Assembly (NCBI GenBank): GCA_951406725.2 | Contig: OX597823.1 | Coordinates: 94,240,001-94,304,000, forward strand | DNA from: Octopus vulgaris | Taxonomy: Eukaryota | Reading direction: 5' to 3' | DNA length: 64,000 bases | Part shown: piece after piece, positions 30,770-43,517 of the stretch | How the letters are laid out: every line of letters begins with the position of its first letter | Position numbering within the stretch: position 1 is the stretch's first letter | The notes under the pieces: model-generated | What the model was told of the DNA's origin: nothing | Database searches by the model: none | What the model saw: only the letters and a program-made list of their open reading frames with translations | Position numbers and translations under genes: made by a program

Positions 30770-31410
30770 GACAGTAAGCTAGCAGAATTGTCAGCACGCG
30801 GCGAGCAGGCAGAAACGTTAGCACGTCGGAGGCAATGCTTAGCGGTATTTCGTCTGCCGCTACGTTCTGAGTTCAAATTCCGCCGAGGTCCACTTTGTCT
30901 TTCATCCTTTCGGGGTCGATTAAATAAGTACCAGTTACGCACTGGAGTTGATATAATCGACTTAACTCGTTTGTCTGTCCTTGTTTGTCCTCTCTGTGTT
31001 TAGCCCCTTGTGGGTAGTAAAGAAATAGGTATTTCGTCTGCCGTTACGTTCTGAGTAAAAATTCCGTCGAGGTCGACTTTGCTTTTCATCCTTTCGGGGT
31101 CGATAAATTAAGTACCAGCTACGCACTGGGGTCGATGTAAACGACTTAATCCCTTTGTCTGTCCTAGTTTGCCCCCTCTATGTTTAGCCCCTTGTGGGCA
31201 ATAAAGAATTAAGAATTGTTAGTACGCCGGAGAGAATATTTAGCGACATTTTGACCGTCTTCATGTTCTGATTTAAAACTCCACCGACGTCGACTTTCCC
31301 TTTCATCCTTTCGGGGTCGATAAATCAAGTACCAGTTGAGTACTGGGGTCGATGTAATCGACTTGCCCCTTACCCCAAAATTTCAGGCTTTGTGCTTATA
31401 GTAGAAAGGA
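30770..31410 (+). mobile_element. SINE group A concatemer (duplicated head, three core units)
   Basis: Core tttcatcctttcggggtcga at about 30900, 31085 and 31300; ends gtagaaagg-(ATT)n. Confidence 0.88.
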
Positions 31411-31429
31411 TTATTATTATTATTATTAT

Positions 31430-31463
<34 letters not shown>

Positions 31464-31496
31464 CGTAGTAGTAGTAGTAGTAGTTGTTGTTGTTGT

Positions 31497-31912
31497 GAGT
31501 GGGAGAGCAGCGCATGACATTGTAGGGTGGGCTTCAGTTAGGATTTACTTCAGGTCGAGTAGCCCATCCCGCTAAAAAGACCCTGAATAAGGATTGTTTA
31601 AGGATATTGAACGAAACACCCATGTTTCCAGAGGTGAATTATCCAAACCACAAAGAATTCCTCTCAACACATGGCTATGATGCTCCCCCACTGCTTCTGC
31701 TCGTGATCAGAGCTGGACATATCGTCAGCCACTAAGGGACATGCTCAACTGGTTAAGGTCAAACAACTGACAAGCAAATCTGTGGTATTGAGCAGAATAT
31801 TTGCTGTAGCCCATCTTTTATACCAAGACAAAACAATGTACGCGATAACACTTCCAATCAGTTAAGATCAGAAGCTACCTGAGCCACTGCTTGGTACTGC
31901 ATCAGGGCATTT
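31497..31912 (-). mobile_element. Third copy of the ~540-bp AAT-associated element, internally deleted
   Basis: Reverse complement of 14911-15454 with both termini present and roughly 140 bp missing near its 3' end. Confidence 0.82.
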
Positions 31913-33029
31913 ATTATCATTATTATCATTATACGTATTAACTCCTTCGATTTTATTCCAACCGGTCGCTTTTGAGCGCAACACCAACCTCAGTGCTCGG
32001 AAATACTCCATCCTCAGTTGCTCTTTCATTTCTTTCTCTATTATCTAGTTGGACACCAATGTATTTGTAGTATAACGGTGAATGACACCGCTTTTATAAG
32101 GGTGTTTAATCTTATTTATATGGTTTCGACTTGGAATAAATAATAAATATATTTTATTTCTTTAGTAGGAATCTATCTTCATAAACCCGTCACTCATAAC
32201 TTGATTATAAGTAATATCACTATACATAAATTTTAACTCAAGTTACATAAACGCCGTAGTAAAAATATATACGTCAAGACGCTTAACAGACATTTTGAAC
32301 GTGCATGTATGTTGAAGATAAATAAGTTCGTGTTCTTTTTCACCGCTATAAAAAACAGTTTCATAGTTTCAAAAATAAATTTCAATAACAGGTTGAGGAA
32401 AATGAAGGAAGAGAAATTATTTACTACACTAGTTTATTTATGTACATTTGATATTTACAATACATTTAGAAGTCGGAGAAAATTTGTCGTAGAGAGTTAC
32501 GACCAACAAATACTATCATAAGTGTAGTGAAGTCTAGTGATAACCAACGGGCACTGGTGTGAGTGTCGTAGGGTCGAGTAACAACCAACGATCACTGATT
32601 AATTCTCCAAAAATCAGGGCTTTTATAACAGCTCATACCTGAATTCTAAGAACCATATTTCGTGAAAGATTTCTCTTTGACGAAAGTTTACAATTCAAAT
32701 ATGGGCAGTAATTTTAACCAATGGGAAACTAACAATTATACTTGTTCGGGCAGCATGACCATTACGTCATATTACCGCCTTTTACGACTTGCTACAGTAA
32801 CCTTCCGTCTCAATTTGCTTACTCAAGCTACTGAAGCTTCTATATGGTAATCCTATCCCTGCTAGGAGCTGTACCTTGCCTCTTTTTGGGTACTGCTTTT
32901 AGTGTTCCTTTCTTCAGCCAATCGCACCTATTTTTTCTAGCAACTTCTGTTGTGGCTGCAAGGAATTGATTGTGTGTTGTCCCTTCTTACGTAATTCTTC
33001 ACCGTGTCCTATTTGATTTTGCTTTGTAT

Positions 33030-36000
33030 TTGCACGCGTTGACTCCAAATCTCACCCACAGACCTCAAGAGACAACAAGCTAGAAGTTCAAGTTGGTCTT
33101 ATGACTAGGGTGCCGCATATTTGGTTTTGCACAGAGCATTGTTCTAGAGAATGTCTGGCAAAACAAGTAAGATAGAAGTTTCTTTTAAACGTGATTTGAT
33201 TATAAGATAGCAGTGTCATGTTAAGATGACAGTAAAACGTGCTTGCTATATATATACAGTTAAAAATATCTTTGACACTGTTTACAGATTAAAATGTCTT
33301 ATGTAGCATATGGGCAGTTGCCATGAGCACTAATTTTTGAATGTCTTTCATTTCTGGATTTCCTGGTATCCGGGACAGGTAGCAATCAGCACCTTTTGCT
33401 ATCATTCCCAGGGCACCAATGACAACAGGTATTGTTTTAGTCTTCAGGTTCCACATTTTGCCAAATTTTATTTCGATATCTTTATACTTGCTCAATGTTT
33501 GGTAGGTCTTGACAGATACGTTTATATCGATTGGGAACGTCATATCGATGAGGTGGCATGATTTTTGTCTGAAATCCTTCTGGCCTATTTGCATCTATCT
33601 TTCTGTCAGTTTCACCAGGAAAATTCCAAAAGAGTGAGATGTGGCAATTTTTAAGGTAATTTGTGTTCCCGTCAGTTCTTATCATGAGGCAAGTAAAAGT
33701 TTTGCAATTTACCCAGTCAATATACTGTGCTACTCTATCATACCTGTTGAGATACTCTGCAGGTGCAAGAAGACTTCACATGGAGACAACGTGAACACTA
33801 GCTTCATTTTGTTGTTTGCATACACGACAAGTTGGGCTACTGCCGTTCTTTAATATGCTGGCCTGGTAGCTCCTTGTACGTAGGCATTGATCTTGGGCTG
33901 ATATGATAAACATTTTTGTTTCTAATTTTAAGCCAGAAGACACTAACCATTGATGGGTAAGGGTTTTGTCAATATCGGCATTATTATCTCTCTTTGCGCA
34001 TTTGCCATTGAGAGGTTTTTCTTGTCATTTATCAGTAAGAATATCTAAGGCAGCAGTCTTAGCACGGGTTTTCATACTCTACTTTTTCTGCGCTTGTTTC
34101 TAGTACCTCTAATTCTAGAATTTGTATTTGGAATTCACTTAGATATTCCTTTCCTAGATTTGTTACTGAATATGATGCTTTCTCGTTTCCATTCTTTGAA
34201 ACACGTTTTAAAAAGTTTTAACATACAGTCATCAGAGTTTTTCAGGTATGTGTCCAGGCCGATTGTGGCAATCTTCTTTGTTAATTCCAGTTGTAAAAAT
34301 CCAAGATCACCCTCTTTTCTTGATAGGTAAAGTCGTTCTATATCTGCCTTAGGGTGGTACATTCTATGCATTGTCAACAATTTTCGTATTTTTCTGTCAA
34401 GATTACATATTTCAGTAATTGACCAGTTGATGATAGTGAAACTGTAATTCACGACTGGTATGGCTAAAGTATTGATCACTTCGAGCCTTTTCTTGCATTC
34501 AGCTCTGTCTTCAGTATTGCTCTCACCCTGCGATAACATTCTCTCCTGATCATTTCCCTCATCACTGAATGTTTGATCCCATCACCTTCAAATACCCCCT
34601 AGGTACTTGCAGCTCTCCGCTGGTTCTAATTCTTTTATGACATTCTGCTGGTTGAGGTTAACGTTAGAGGTTTCTGTCGTAGATAAAGGTAGCTTTTGCA
34701 CATTTATCGAGGCCAAATTGCATCCTGATGTCATCACTGAATTGTTTAACAATCGCTAGTAAGCCCTTGAGTTGTTGGTCATTTTTTGCAAAGAGCTTTA
34801 AATCATCTCTGTAAATGAGATGATTTATATTTTTATTAAACATTTTATAGCCATATTGTACATCATCGAGCAATTTCGAGAGAGGTATTAAGGCTAAACG
34901 GAAGAGGAGTGGTGATAGAGAGTCACCCTGGAAAATGCCACATGAAATTCATATATCTCCAGCATTGAGAGATTCATTGTCACTGTTCAAAGTCAGTGTG
35001 GTTCTCCATGATCTCATACTTACAGACAAGAAGTTTCGCGGAGTAGGTGCTATTTTATACATTTCCAGGCATTTCTTAATCCAGCTACGTGGTAAACTTT
35101 CAAAAGCTTCTTGTGTCGTTTGTGACAATCTTATTGATGAGTTGCTGATTTTTACAACTATAGGCGTCACGTTTACATCCTTTTTGCTCATTAGGGAATT
35201 TGCCACTTACTATTAAAAAACTATGGGTTATATTCAGCCAAGACAAAGTTAGCATTTTATACGTTGTTGTTAAGCAGGTTATGGATCCATAACTTTTTGG
35301 TTCATTTGTTTCTTCATTTTTCGGTATTAGGAATGTAACACCATTAACTAACCACGATGGAATCATACTAGGTTGTTGTAAAACATTGTTGTAAAATTTT
35401 GTTACCAGTTCATGGCTCTCAGAAATTAGGAATTTTATCTTTTCCTTGACTTCCTGAGAGCCGTCTTACATCCTCTACCTTGATACTCTCCCACTTTTGC
35501 TCTTCTAAGGAGTCTAAGTCAGTAGATTTTCTATTTCTCTACTGTAACTGGTATTTTCCCTATCTTCCTGTAAAACTTTTGGGGGTTATTTTTATACATG
35601 TTGTCCTTGAAGAATCTAATGCGCTTTTCATTCCTTGCTATGCGGGCAGCTTTAGCACATACCTTTTGCTTGATGGTTTCTATGGTGGCATCAATGTCAA
35701 ATATGGTTTCCATATTATATTTTTTTCTTTAAAATTCGGATTTTTGTTGGTTTGATAGTCTCATCAAACTTAAGGTTTTTAAACATTCTATGTCAGATCT
35801 AAGTAGCTTAATTTGGTGTTCAATACGCTCTTGCCAAGAAGGCTTTTTGTGGGAATGTTGTCGTTTTTTAATCTTTTCACCACATAGAATCGTTGAGATT
35901 TTCGCGAATGCATAGTACAGGTCGTTGAGATTTGTAATACCAACATCATTACCTTAAATTATATCCTTAAGTGCAAGGCGGATTTTTACCAATTACTTTC

Positions 36001-36075
36001 AGGTTTCGTTTAGAATTGCGAATTTTTGGGAGTTTCGCGTTCATTCAGACTTGTTTCTTTAATTTTCAGCCATTC
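33030..36075 (-). mobile_element. Decayed R4/Dong-type LINE (RT, CCHC knuckle, RLE), 5'-truncated
   Basis: Frameshifted pieces: GVTFLIPKNEETNEPKSYGSITCL, FPNEQKGCKR, GIFQGDSLSPLLF, HLIYRDDLKLFAKND (YxDD), INTLAIPVVNYSF, YHPKADIERLYLSRKEGDLG, ANRP, YKDIEIKFGKMWNLKTKTIPVVIGALG. The 5' end abuts (ATC)n/(ATT)n. Confidence 0.93.
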
Positions 36076-36171
36076 AATCATGATTTGCTTTATCATCATC
36101 ATCATCATCGTCGTCGTCATCACCATCATCATCATCATCATCATCATCATCATTATTACTATTATTATTAC

Positions 36172-36226
<55 letters not shown>

Positions 36227-36704
36227 TCTCTCTCTCCCTCTCCCTCTCTCTCTCTCTCGTGAAAAGTGAATTGAGAGAGAGAGTATGTAAGATTAAAAGA
36301 GTTGTGTTATATTTGCGACAGAAACCGTCTGAGGATATATTATGATTAAACTGTGTTTGTTATTATTCTTTAAAATTCTTTGAAATTTTAGAAATGACAT
36401 GTATTTTTTTCCTGGTCGAAATAACAAGATAAATGAGAAATTGAAAAAATAAATAAAACAAACACTGTAAGATGTATTTTCTGAGGATATTATTTGTGGT
36501 AACTTCCCGTCAAAGAGTTTTGCATTCTATTTCAAGTGTTAATATCTTTATACATGACTAGAGAGAGAGGGGTAGACAGACATAGAGGAAGAGAAAGTGA
36601 GAAACGAACAGACAGAAACACAGACAGACGGACAGAGTTAGAGAAACAGGTGGATAGACACTTTTATACATACACACAAACATACAACCAAACAAACAAA
36701 AATA

Positions 36705-36807
36705 CCCTGCTGTTGATGTAATTCCAATGAAGGAGCCTTGGACCTAGGTTAGAAACCGGTTCTTTTCTCTGTTGGCAAGAAATCTTGAAATAAAACTTAC
36801 AATAATG

Positions 36808-36812
<5 letters not shown>
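36705..36812 (+). mobile_element. ~105-bp retroelement terminus followed by (TA)n/(TATG)n; further copies at ~25018-25124(+) and ~26680-26785(-)
   Basis: Shared ttccaatgaaggagYcttggacctaggttagaaaccRg...ggcaagaaatcttgaaat...aataatgacataca. Confidence 0.65.
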
Positions 36813-36884
<72 letters not shown>

Positions 36885-37040
36885 TGTATGTGTGTATATA
36901 TATATGTATGTATGTATGTGTGTGTATATATATGTATATATATATGTATGTATGTATATGTGTGTATATATATGTATATATATATATGTATGTGTGTATA
37001 TATATGTATATATATATATATGTATGTATGTATGTATGTG

Positions 37041-37073
<33 letters not shown>

Positions 37074-37076
37074 ATA

Positions 37077-37585
37077 CAGGGTGCGATGGGTAAATTGCCA
37101 ACATTTTATAGTTTTAATTTCGCGCATGTACATTGTTTGTTTTTGTTTTTTTATTTTGTTTACTACACAGGATAGTAGGGTCAGTTGCGCACTCCGATCG
37201 AACATGCTTTGGTTTTTCTCAGATGTGAAAAATTTCTGCCAAAGTCAGATGGTGAATACACAGAACAACCGTTGGCTTGCTGTGTCCCCAAAACCTACTG
37301 AAATTGATAAATATCAAACGTCCAGGCAACATCATGATGTTTGGAGTGATCACTAGTGATGCCTCCATTCATCGTCCCACACGGCCTCACACTCAACACA
37401 GAGGCCTACATCAAGGGCCTGGAGGAGGTAGTGCTGCCCTGGGTCAACAGGGTGGCTGCTGCAAGACCCTATGTCTGGGAACAGGACTTTGCACCATGCC
37501 ACACAAGTAGGAGAACCCAGTCATGGTTGTGAGACAATTTCTGCGACTATATCATCCCTAACAGCTGGCCACTTAACTCCCCATA
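37077..37585 (+). mobile_element. Internally deleted Tc1/mariner-superfamily element (maT/DD37D-like transposase remnant)
   Basis: TA plus cagggtgcgatgggtaaattg terminus. Frameshifted WFFSDVKNF...QNNRW, IMMFGVITSD, YIKGLEEVVLPW...YVWEQDFAPCHT, WPLNSP. Confidence 0.8.
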
Positions 37586-37589
37586 CTTA

Positions 37590-37800
37590 TCAGTAACTAA
37601 CGCTTGATTCAACTCCTTACACTGTCAAGTGGTCCATAATCACCCACACCAAGCCTTACAGCAGCTATGATAACAAGTGTGACCTCTGCATAGCCGAGGT
37701 CATGGTTATTTTGCAATCCACGGATTGTCCCAGTGAAGCCAGCGGTATAATAGTCACCTGCGGACATCGGTCACTAAATCAATTCTCAAAATACCAATAA
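37590..37800 (+). pseudogene. Penelope-like element endonuclease C-terminal remnant
   Basis: YTVKWSIITHTKPYSSYDNKCDLCIAEVMVIL...IIVTCGHR fits the recalled PLE pattern Y.IKW.I...PY...C.LC..EK..I...CRH. Confidence 0.65.
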
Positions 37801-38599
37801 TTACAACCCCACCACGCTCTTTTCTCCCCTTTACCTCCATACTTGTCTTCCTCTTATCCACCCTCTCACTCCCACTATATATAAACAATGTGTCGCCCCT
37901 TTAATTCCTTGATTGTCAGTTACAAATATCTCTCCGTATTTTTCCTTATCATCTAAATTTTTTCTCTTTCCTTTTATTTCAACTCCCCCCTCCTACTCCC
38001 CCCATCCGTAAACTTACAAGTACATTCACCTCCACCACTTCATACCTCGGTTTTTTTTTGTTTTGTTTTTTATAATACCACTCCCTTGCTAATTTCTTTG
38101 ATTCAACCAAAAAAGCCCTTTAAATACCAACAGTCAAGTAACCGTCCTTGAATCGCTCACTCTACCTTGCTTTCTTCGTACACACTTTCTTTTTCCCCAA
38201 CACCCAAAAATATTTCTCCACCCTCTTCCCTCCTAATTAGCTTTTCTTCAAACACCCCTCCCCTCACTTAAATTCTGTGATTGAGCCAAAACAGCTCTAT
38301 TATTTATTATCATTCACCTGACTTTGCTTAAATTCCTCGTTCCTCTCACTCCCTTATATTTTCTTCTTTCTTCCCGTCTTCTACTACTTATTTCTCCCTA
38401 CGTTTATATATTCCTCTCCTACTCTGCTCTCTACACATTCGGATTGTACCACCGACGAGGTTTCAGGACATGCTGGCAGTGTACTACTAACCATCGGCAA
38501 TGTCCTGTTCTTCGTCTTCTGTTTTTTTTCTCCCTTGTGCTACGGGAGGGTGTAGTTCCTCCGCTCCCTCAGCTTCCCTCCTTCCCGCAGCTTTGGGGT

Positions 38600-38830
38600 C
38601 CTTCGGTGGGCAACCATTGTTACCCACCTTCTTTTTTCCCTTTTTTCGAGGAGGTCTCCACCTCCTCGACTGCCTCCATCTCTCCCTCCAAAGAAGGAGG
38701 GGGCGCTACTTTAATTAACTGCTCCAGGAACCTACTTTGGTCCTGGGTACAGTTCTTCTTAATATGGCCCGATTCCAAGCACAGGTGACATTTGGTGGGG
38801 GCATCCCTCAGGTATCACTGGGTACCTGCA
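38600..38830 (-). pseudogene. Gag-like/LINE ORF1 remnant with CCHC zinc knuckle
   Basis: Minus translation CHLCLESGHIKKNC (CX2CX4HX4C), preceded in a shifted frame by VIPEG.P. Confidence 0.6.
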
Positions 38831-39002
38831 ACCGGCCATCTTCAGAAAATCTAGAAATACCAAATCTTTATCGGCTGATTGGGTCCATAGGCTCAAAACC
38901 GCTTTTTACCCCACCCAATCAACCGCCGGCAACAATTTCACATTTAAAAGCCTGGGCCCACTTCCAATCAGACCCCGGCGGAGAGTATCCTTTATCCACT
39001 CC

Positions 39003-39167
39003 GTATAGTAAGTTGCTTGCTTACCAACCACATGGTTCCGGGTTCAGTCTCACTGCGTGACACTTTGGGCAAGTGTCTGCAACTATATCCTCGGGCCGAC
39101 CAAAGCATTGTGAGTGGATTTGGTAGACGGAAACTGAAAGAAGCCCGTCATGTATATATATATGTGT

Positions 39168-39259
<92 letters not shown>

Positions 39260-39465
39260 TTGTGTGTGTGTGTCCCCCAACATCACTTGACAACCGACGC
39301 TGTTGTGTTTATGTCACCAACAACTAGCGGTTCGGCATAAGGGACCGATAGAATAAGTACTAGGCTTACAAAGAATAAGTCTTGGGGTCGATTTGCTCGA
39401 CTAAAGGCGGTGCTCCAGCATGCCGCAGTCAAAAATGACAGAAACAAGTAAAATAGTAAAAGAGT
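39003..39465 (+). mobile_element. SINE group C (CORE-like domain, internal (TG)n, CR1-like tail)
   Basis: gggttcagtctcactgcgtgacactttgggcaagtgtc...; tail aaggcggtgctccagcatg resembles the LINE tails in this window. Confidence 0.82.
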
Positions 39466-39626
39466 AACTAAAAATTGCGCATAGAAGCAGAGAAAGAGAG
39501 AGAGAGATGGATAAAGGGAGAAAGGCAAACACATCTCTAAATACGATGAGCCACATGATATTCTCAAAACCGTATCTTAGTAGAAAACAGAATATCAAAT
39601 ATTAACATCTAAAATACACACAGACG

Positions 39627-39675
<49 letters not shown>

Positions 39676-39916
39676 TCACATATGGATAAACAAATTGAAA
39701 ACGGAATATATTTTTTAAATCTATAAAAATATTGGATTTAAAAATTTAAATTTTTATTATTAAATAAAATACATTTTCAGTAATTTTATCTTTTAAAATT
39801 GTAAAAAAAAATCAGAAAACCACAATTAATGATTTAAATGGTAAAGGAATAAATAATGGGCGTTTTATGGATATATTTTTAGTGGTGGAAATTATGCTTT
39901 ATTATTACTCTAATTG

Positions 39917-40274
39917 GTGGCACTCCGTCGGTTGCGACGACGAGGGTTCGGAACGGAACAGCCTGCTCGTGAAATTAACATGGAAGTGGCTGAGCACTCC
40001 ACAGACACGTGTACGCTTACTGCAGTTCGCGGGGAGGTTTAGTGTGACAAGGCTGGCCCTTTGAAAATACAGGTACAACAGAAACAGGAAGGAGTTAGAG
40101 AAAGTTGTGGTGAAAGAGTACAGCAGGGTTTGCCACCACCCCCTGCCGGAGCCTCTCGTGGAGCTTTATGTGTTTTCGCTCAATAAACACTCACAATGCC
40201 CGGTCTGAGAATCGAAACCGCGATCGTACGACAGCGTGTCCGCTGCCCTAACCACTGGGCCATTGCACTTCCAC
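39917..40274 (-). mobile_element. SINE group B copy
   Basis: Colinear with 3836-4203; flanked by attactct on both sides. Confidence 0.85.
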
Positions 40275-40874
40275 ATTACTCTCATGATATCGACGTGAAT
40301 CACAACTATATTTCTATGTTGCTAAAATAAGTATAAACACAGTGTGATAATGGTCTAACGCAACACCCCAACACTCTATGGAATATTCTGGATTGATTTA
40401 AATGCATTAATTTACATTTTTTTATTCCTGCTGCCAATATGCGGGCGATATACGTTACATGAATGATATAAAGAAATTCCGTTATTCAAACATGGACGAA
40501 GGTACATAAGCACGCACGCACGCTCGCACTCGCACATACACACACACGCGCCTTCACATATATGCATAGACGCACACAGATGCTCATGTGTTTTTGTTTT
40601 TTTATTTTTGGAAGTTTACAAATAAAAATTATATTTATAGTTAACGTATTTTATTTAATACTCTTTTTAATTTTTTTATAGAATATTTAATTAAATTTAT
40701 TTCGATGTGTGTGCATTTTTAATGTGTTCCATATATTTATTTATGACTTTATGGATATATATGCACCCACCCACCCACAGACACACAAACACACTCACAC
40801 ACGCATGCACACACACAAACACACAAACATATGTATAAATACATACGCGTTCGCACACAGATGTATATATATAT

Positions 40875-41127
40875 TCACACACACACAAAGCACACACAAA
40901 GCACACACAGACACACACACAAAGCACACACAGACACACACACACACAAAGCACACACAAAGCACACACAAAGCACACACAGACACAGACACACACACAA
41001 AGCACACACAGACACAGACACACACACACAAAACACACACAGACACACACACAAAGCACACACAGACACACACACAAAGCACACACAGACACACACACAA
41101 AGCACACACAGACACAGACACACACAA

Positions 41128-41175
<48 letters not shown>
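40875..41175. repeat. (CA)n-derived minisatellite (cacacacaaagcacacacagaca units)
   Basis: Directly visible. Confidence 0.9.
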
Positions 41176-41176
<1 letters not shown>

Positions 41177-41381
41177 GTGCATTCACATTGATAATTCCCA
41201 TATCAATGCGAGAGGGTTATCCCTGTAAGAACCCGCATGAAATGAATGAATAAACCTTCTCTCTCACGTATCAGGTGCCTGTAGTATGGTTCTTACCACT
41301 TCTTCCGGAATCACCGACTAAAATTTGATAAATATATATACACATACATGCATCTGTATGTGTGTGTGTGTGTGTGTGTGT

Positions 41382-41690
41382 GAAGGCGCATAGTTCAGTG
41401 GTTAGAGCGTCGAGCTTACGAATGTGAGGCTGCGTGTTGTGTTCTTCAGCAAGACAGTTTATTTCACGTTGCTCCAGTTAAGTCGGCTGCAGAAATGAGT
41501 TGCAATGTCACAGGTGCCAAGCTGTATCGGCCCCTTTGCCTTTCCCTAGGATTATATCGGTGGTGTGGAGAGAGGAGGCTGGTATGCATGGGCGACGGCT
41601 GGTCTTCAACAAACAACCTTGTTCGGACTTGTGCCTCGGATGGTAACTTTCTAGGTGCAATCCCATGGTAATTCGTGACCTAAGAGGGTC
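41382..41690 (+). mobile_element. SINE group B variant
   Basis: gaaggcgcatagttcagtggttagagcg head; body homologous to the 28128 and 56935 copies. Confidence 0.8.
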
Positions 41691-41694
41691 TCCT

Positions 41695-41728
<34 letters not shown>

Positions 41729-41729
<1 letters not shown>

Positions 41730-41963
41730 CTAGAGTTTACGAAAAAAACAAAAGACGAAGACAGGTGGTGTACAAAACAAACAGATGTATTAGTATAACG
41801 CTCAGGAATAGAAAAAGTATTTTACGTTTCGAGCCTACGCTCTTCTACAGAAAGGGACACAGAAAAAACAGGGAGAGGAAAAAAAGGAGAAAAAAAACAA
41901 AGAGAGGAATAAATGTGTGTAGTGGCTAACGATCTATCATGGCGACTGATAGATCGTTAAAAT

Positions 41964-41967
<4 letters not shown>
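41729..41967 (-). mobile_element. Short (TA)n-embedded block, probably Penelope-derived, with a degenerate hammerhead and a terminal hairpin
   Basis: Minus strand ctgtaga-a-gagc-gtag-gctc-gaaa-cg-ta at 41850-41823. Perfect 13-bp hairpin 41927-41959. (TA)n on both sides. Confidence 0.6.
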
Positions 41968-42033
<66 letters not shown>

Positions 42034-42035
42034 TA

Positions 42036-42335
42036 AATCCTTAAATCCTTAAAAATATTTCAGCCCGAAGGCTGCGGTGAGGTAGGTTCATCTGGGACCC
42101 CCGACAAGAAGAGATCCAGTTTAGTTTTAAAGAAACCCACATCCACACCATGCAAGTCTCTCAGGCATTTAGGGAGGATGTAAAAGAGCTGTGGTCCTCT
42201 GAAACCAAAGCTGTTGCAGTATCTTGTCCTGTATTTTGATGGTGATGTTGGAATCTTTGGCACCATGCAGTTGAGGTAACTTTGAATGCCAAAGTTTGGG
42301 ACAAGACCCTCCAGGACTTTCCAGATGTATATCAC
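42036..42335 (-). mobile_element. CR1/L2-group LINE 3' fragment
   Basis: VIYIWKVLEGLVPNFGI...NSFGFRGPQLFYILPKCLRDL...FKTKLDLFLSGVPDEP; tail repeat tttaagga x2. Confidence 0.82.
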
Positions 42336-42372
42336 CACATGTATATATATAATTATAGTTATATAGTTATAT

Positions 42373-42598
42373 ATGGGATTGGTGCATGATTATTGCAGCT
42401 TTTTGTCAACAAATTTTATTCAACAAAAACAAAAACATCTTTAAATGATTATTTCGGAGCATATTCACCATCTACTTCAATTACTGCTTCCTATTTGCTT
42501 GGCAGACGGTCAAACCGTCATTTAAAGATGTTTTTGTTAAATATTGTTATTGTTTTTGTTAAATAAAATTTGTTGAAAAAATTATGTACCAAACCAAT
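42373..42598. mobile_element. Small mariner-derived MITE
   Basis: TIR-like gggattggtgcatgatt / aattatgtaccaaaccaata, with extended internal inverted repeat. Minus remnant RLPSK*EAVIEVDGEY is a mariner C-terminus. Confidence 0.7.
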
Positions 42599-42608
42599 AT
42601 ATATATAT

Positions 42609-42774
42609 ATAGCTGAAAGATTAAAATTAATCAAAGTATGTCAACCTGCTGGAAATAAGTCAAAATTCTTATTTAAATCACCAAAATTTGGGCGTTTTAA
42701 ATAGGTTTTCACTGATATTTCCAGTGGTGGACATACTTATTATGTCCTTTGATTAATTTTAATCCTTCAGCTAT
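42609..42774. repeat. 166-bp imperfect fold-back hairpin
   Basis: Terminal 28 bp match 27/28 in inverted orientation, and pairing continues inward to ccaaa-a-tttgg. Confidence 0.82.
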
Positions 42775-43517
42775 TTAATGCTTTTGGGGGTGGCCTGCAA
42801 TCGCCTATATATGTAGAACGATCAGAACGTCGACCATCTTTAAGTGAAAAGTCTCCAGAATGGAATTTTTAAAACCATTTCTGTGTGAGCCTCAGCAGCT
42901 TTCTTGCCTTTACGGAAATAAAAAAGCAAAATATGGAAAAATGTTCGTTTTTGCACTCCGTGTTAAAACTGACGCTGAAGTGACAGCTGTAAACAAAATT
43001 ACGAGCAATTTACTTCTAAAGTTAGCTAAGAGTAATAGCTATCAAATGTCAGAAGGAAAAAAATGATAACAATGACAAAAGTCATTCCAAAAAGCTGTAA
43101 ATCTATCTATTTGCGAAAAACGAAATTAGTTCCTTGCCAACCCAATATATGTTGATTATTTGAGTCTGTTGGTGTATGTCAACCGATCAACATATAGGTT
43201 TCTCAATGTCCTTTCGCCTTGATGATATTTTGCTTTAAATCTTCAAAATGCAAACTTGTTTTATTCTATATGTTTGTTATTTTAACTGGGTGTAAACTGA
43301 AACAATTGTAGACAATGTTGATTAACAAATTAATTTATATCTATTAAATCTCTCCATTTTCTTATTTAATAAAATTGTGTGTGTGTACATATATAACACT
43401 AGCTGAATAGCCTGCCGTTGCCAGGCAATTTTACAATAGAATATCTTATACAATTTTTTATTTCTTCTATGTCAGAGCATACCATCCCCGACAGAGAGGC
43501 ATGTTGCAGTTTTTCGC

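Noticed and set aside
30770-31410. Regularly spaced repeats suggestive of a CRISPR array
   Set aside because: The intervening sequences are homologous to each other rather than unique spacers, the context is eukaryotic and no cas genes are present; these are SINE multimers.
32400-32840. Possible solo LTR on the minus strand (TATAAAA and AATAAA in order)
   Set aside because: No TG...CA termini, TSD or second copy could be identified.
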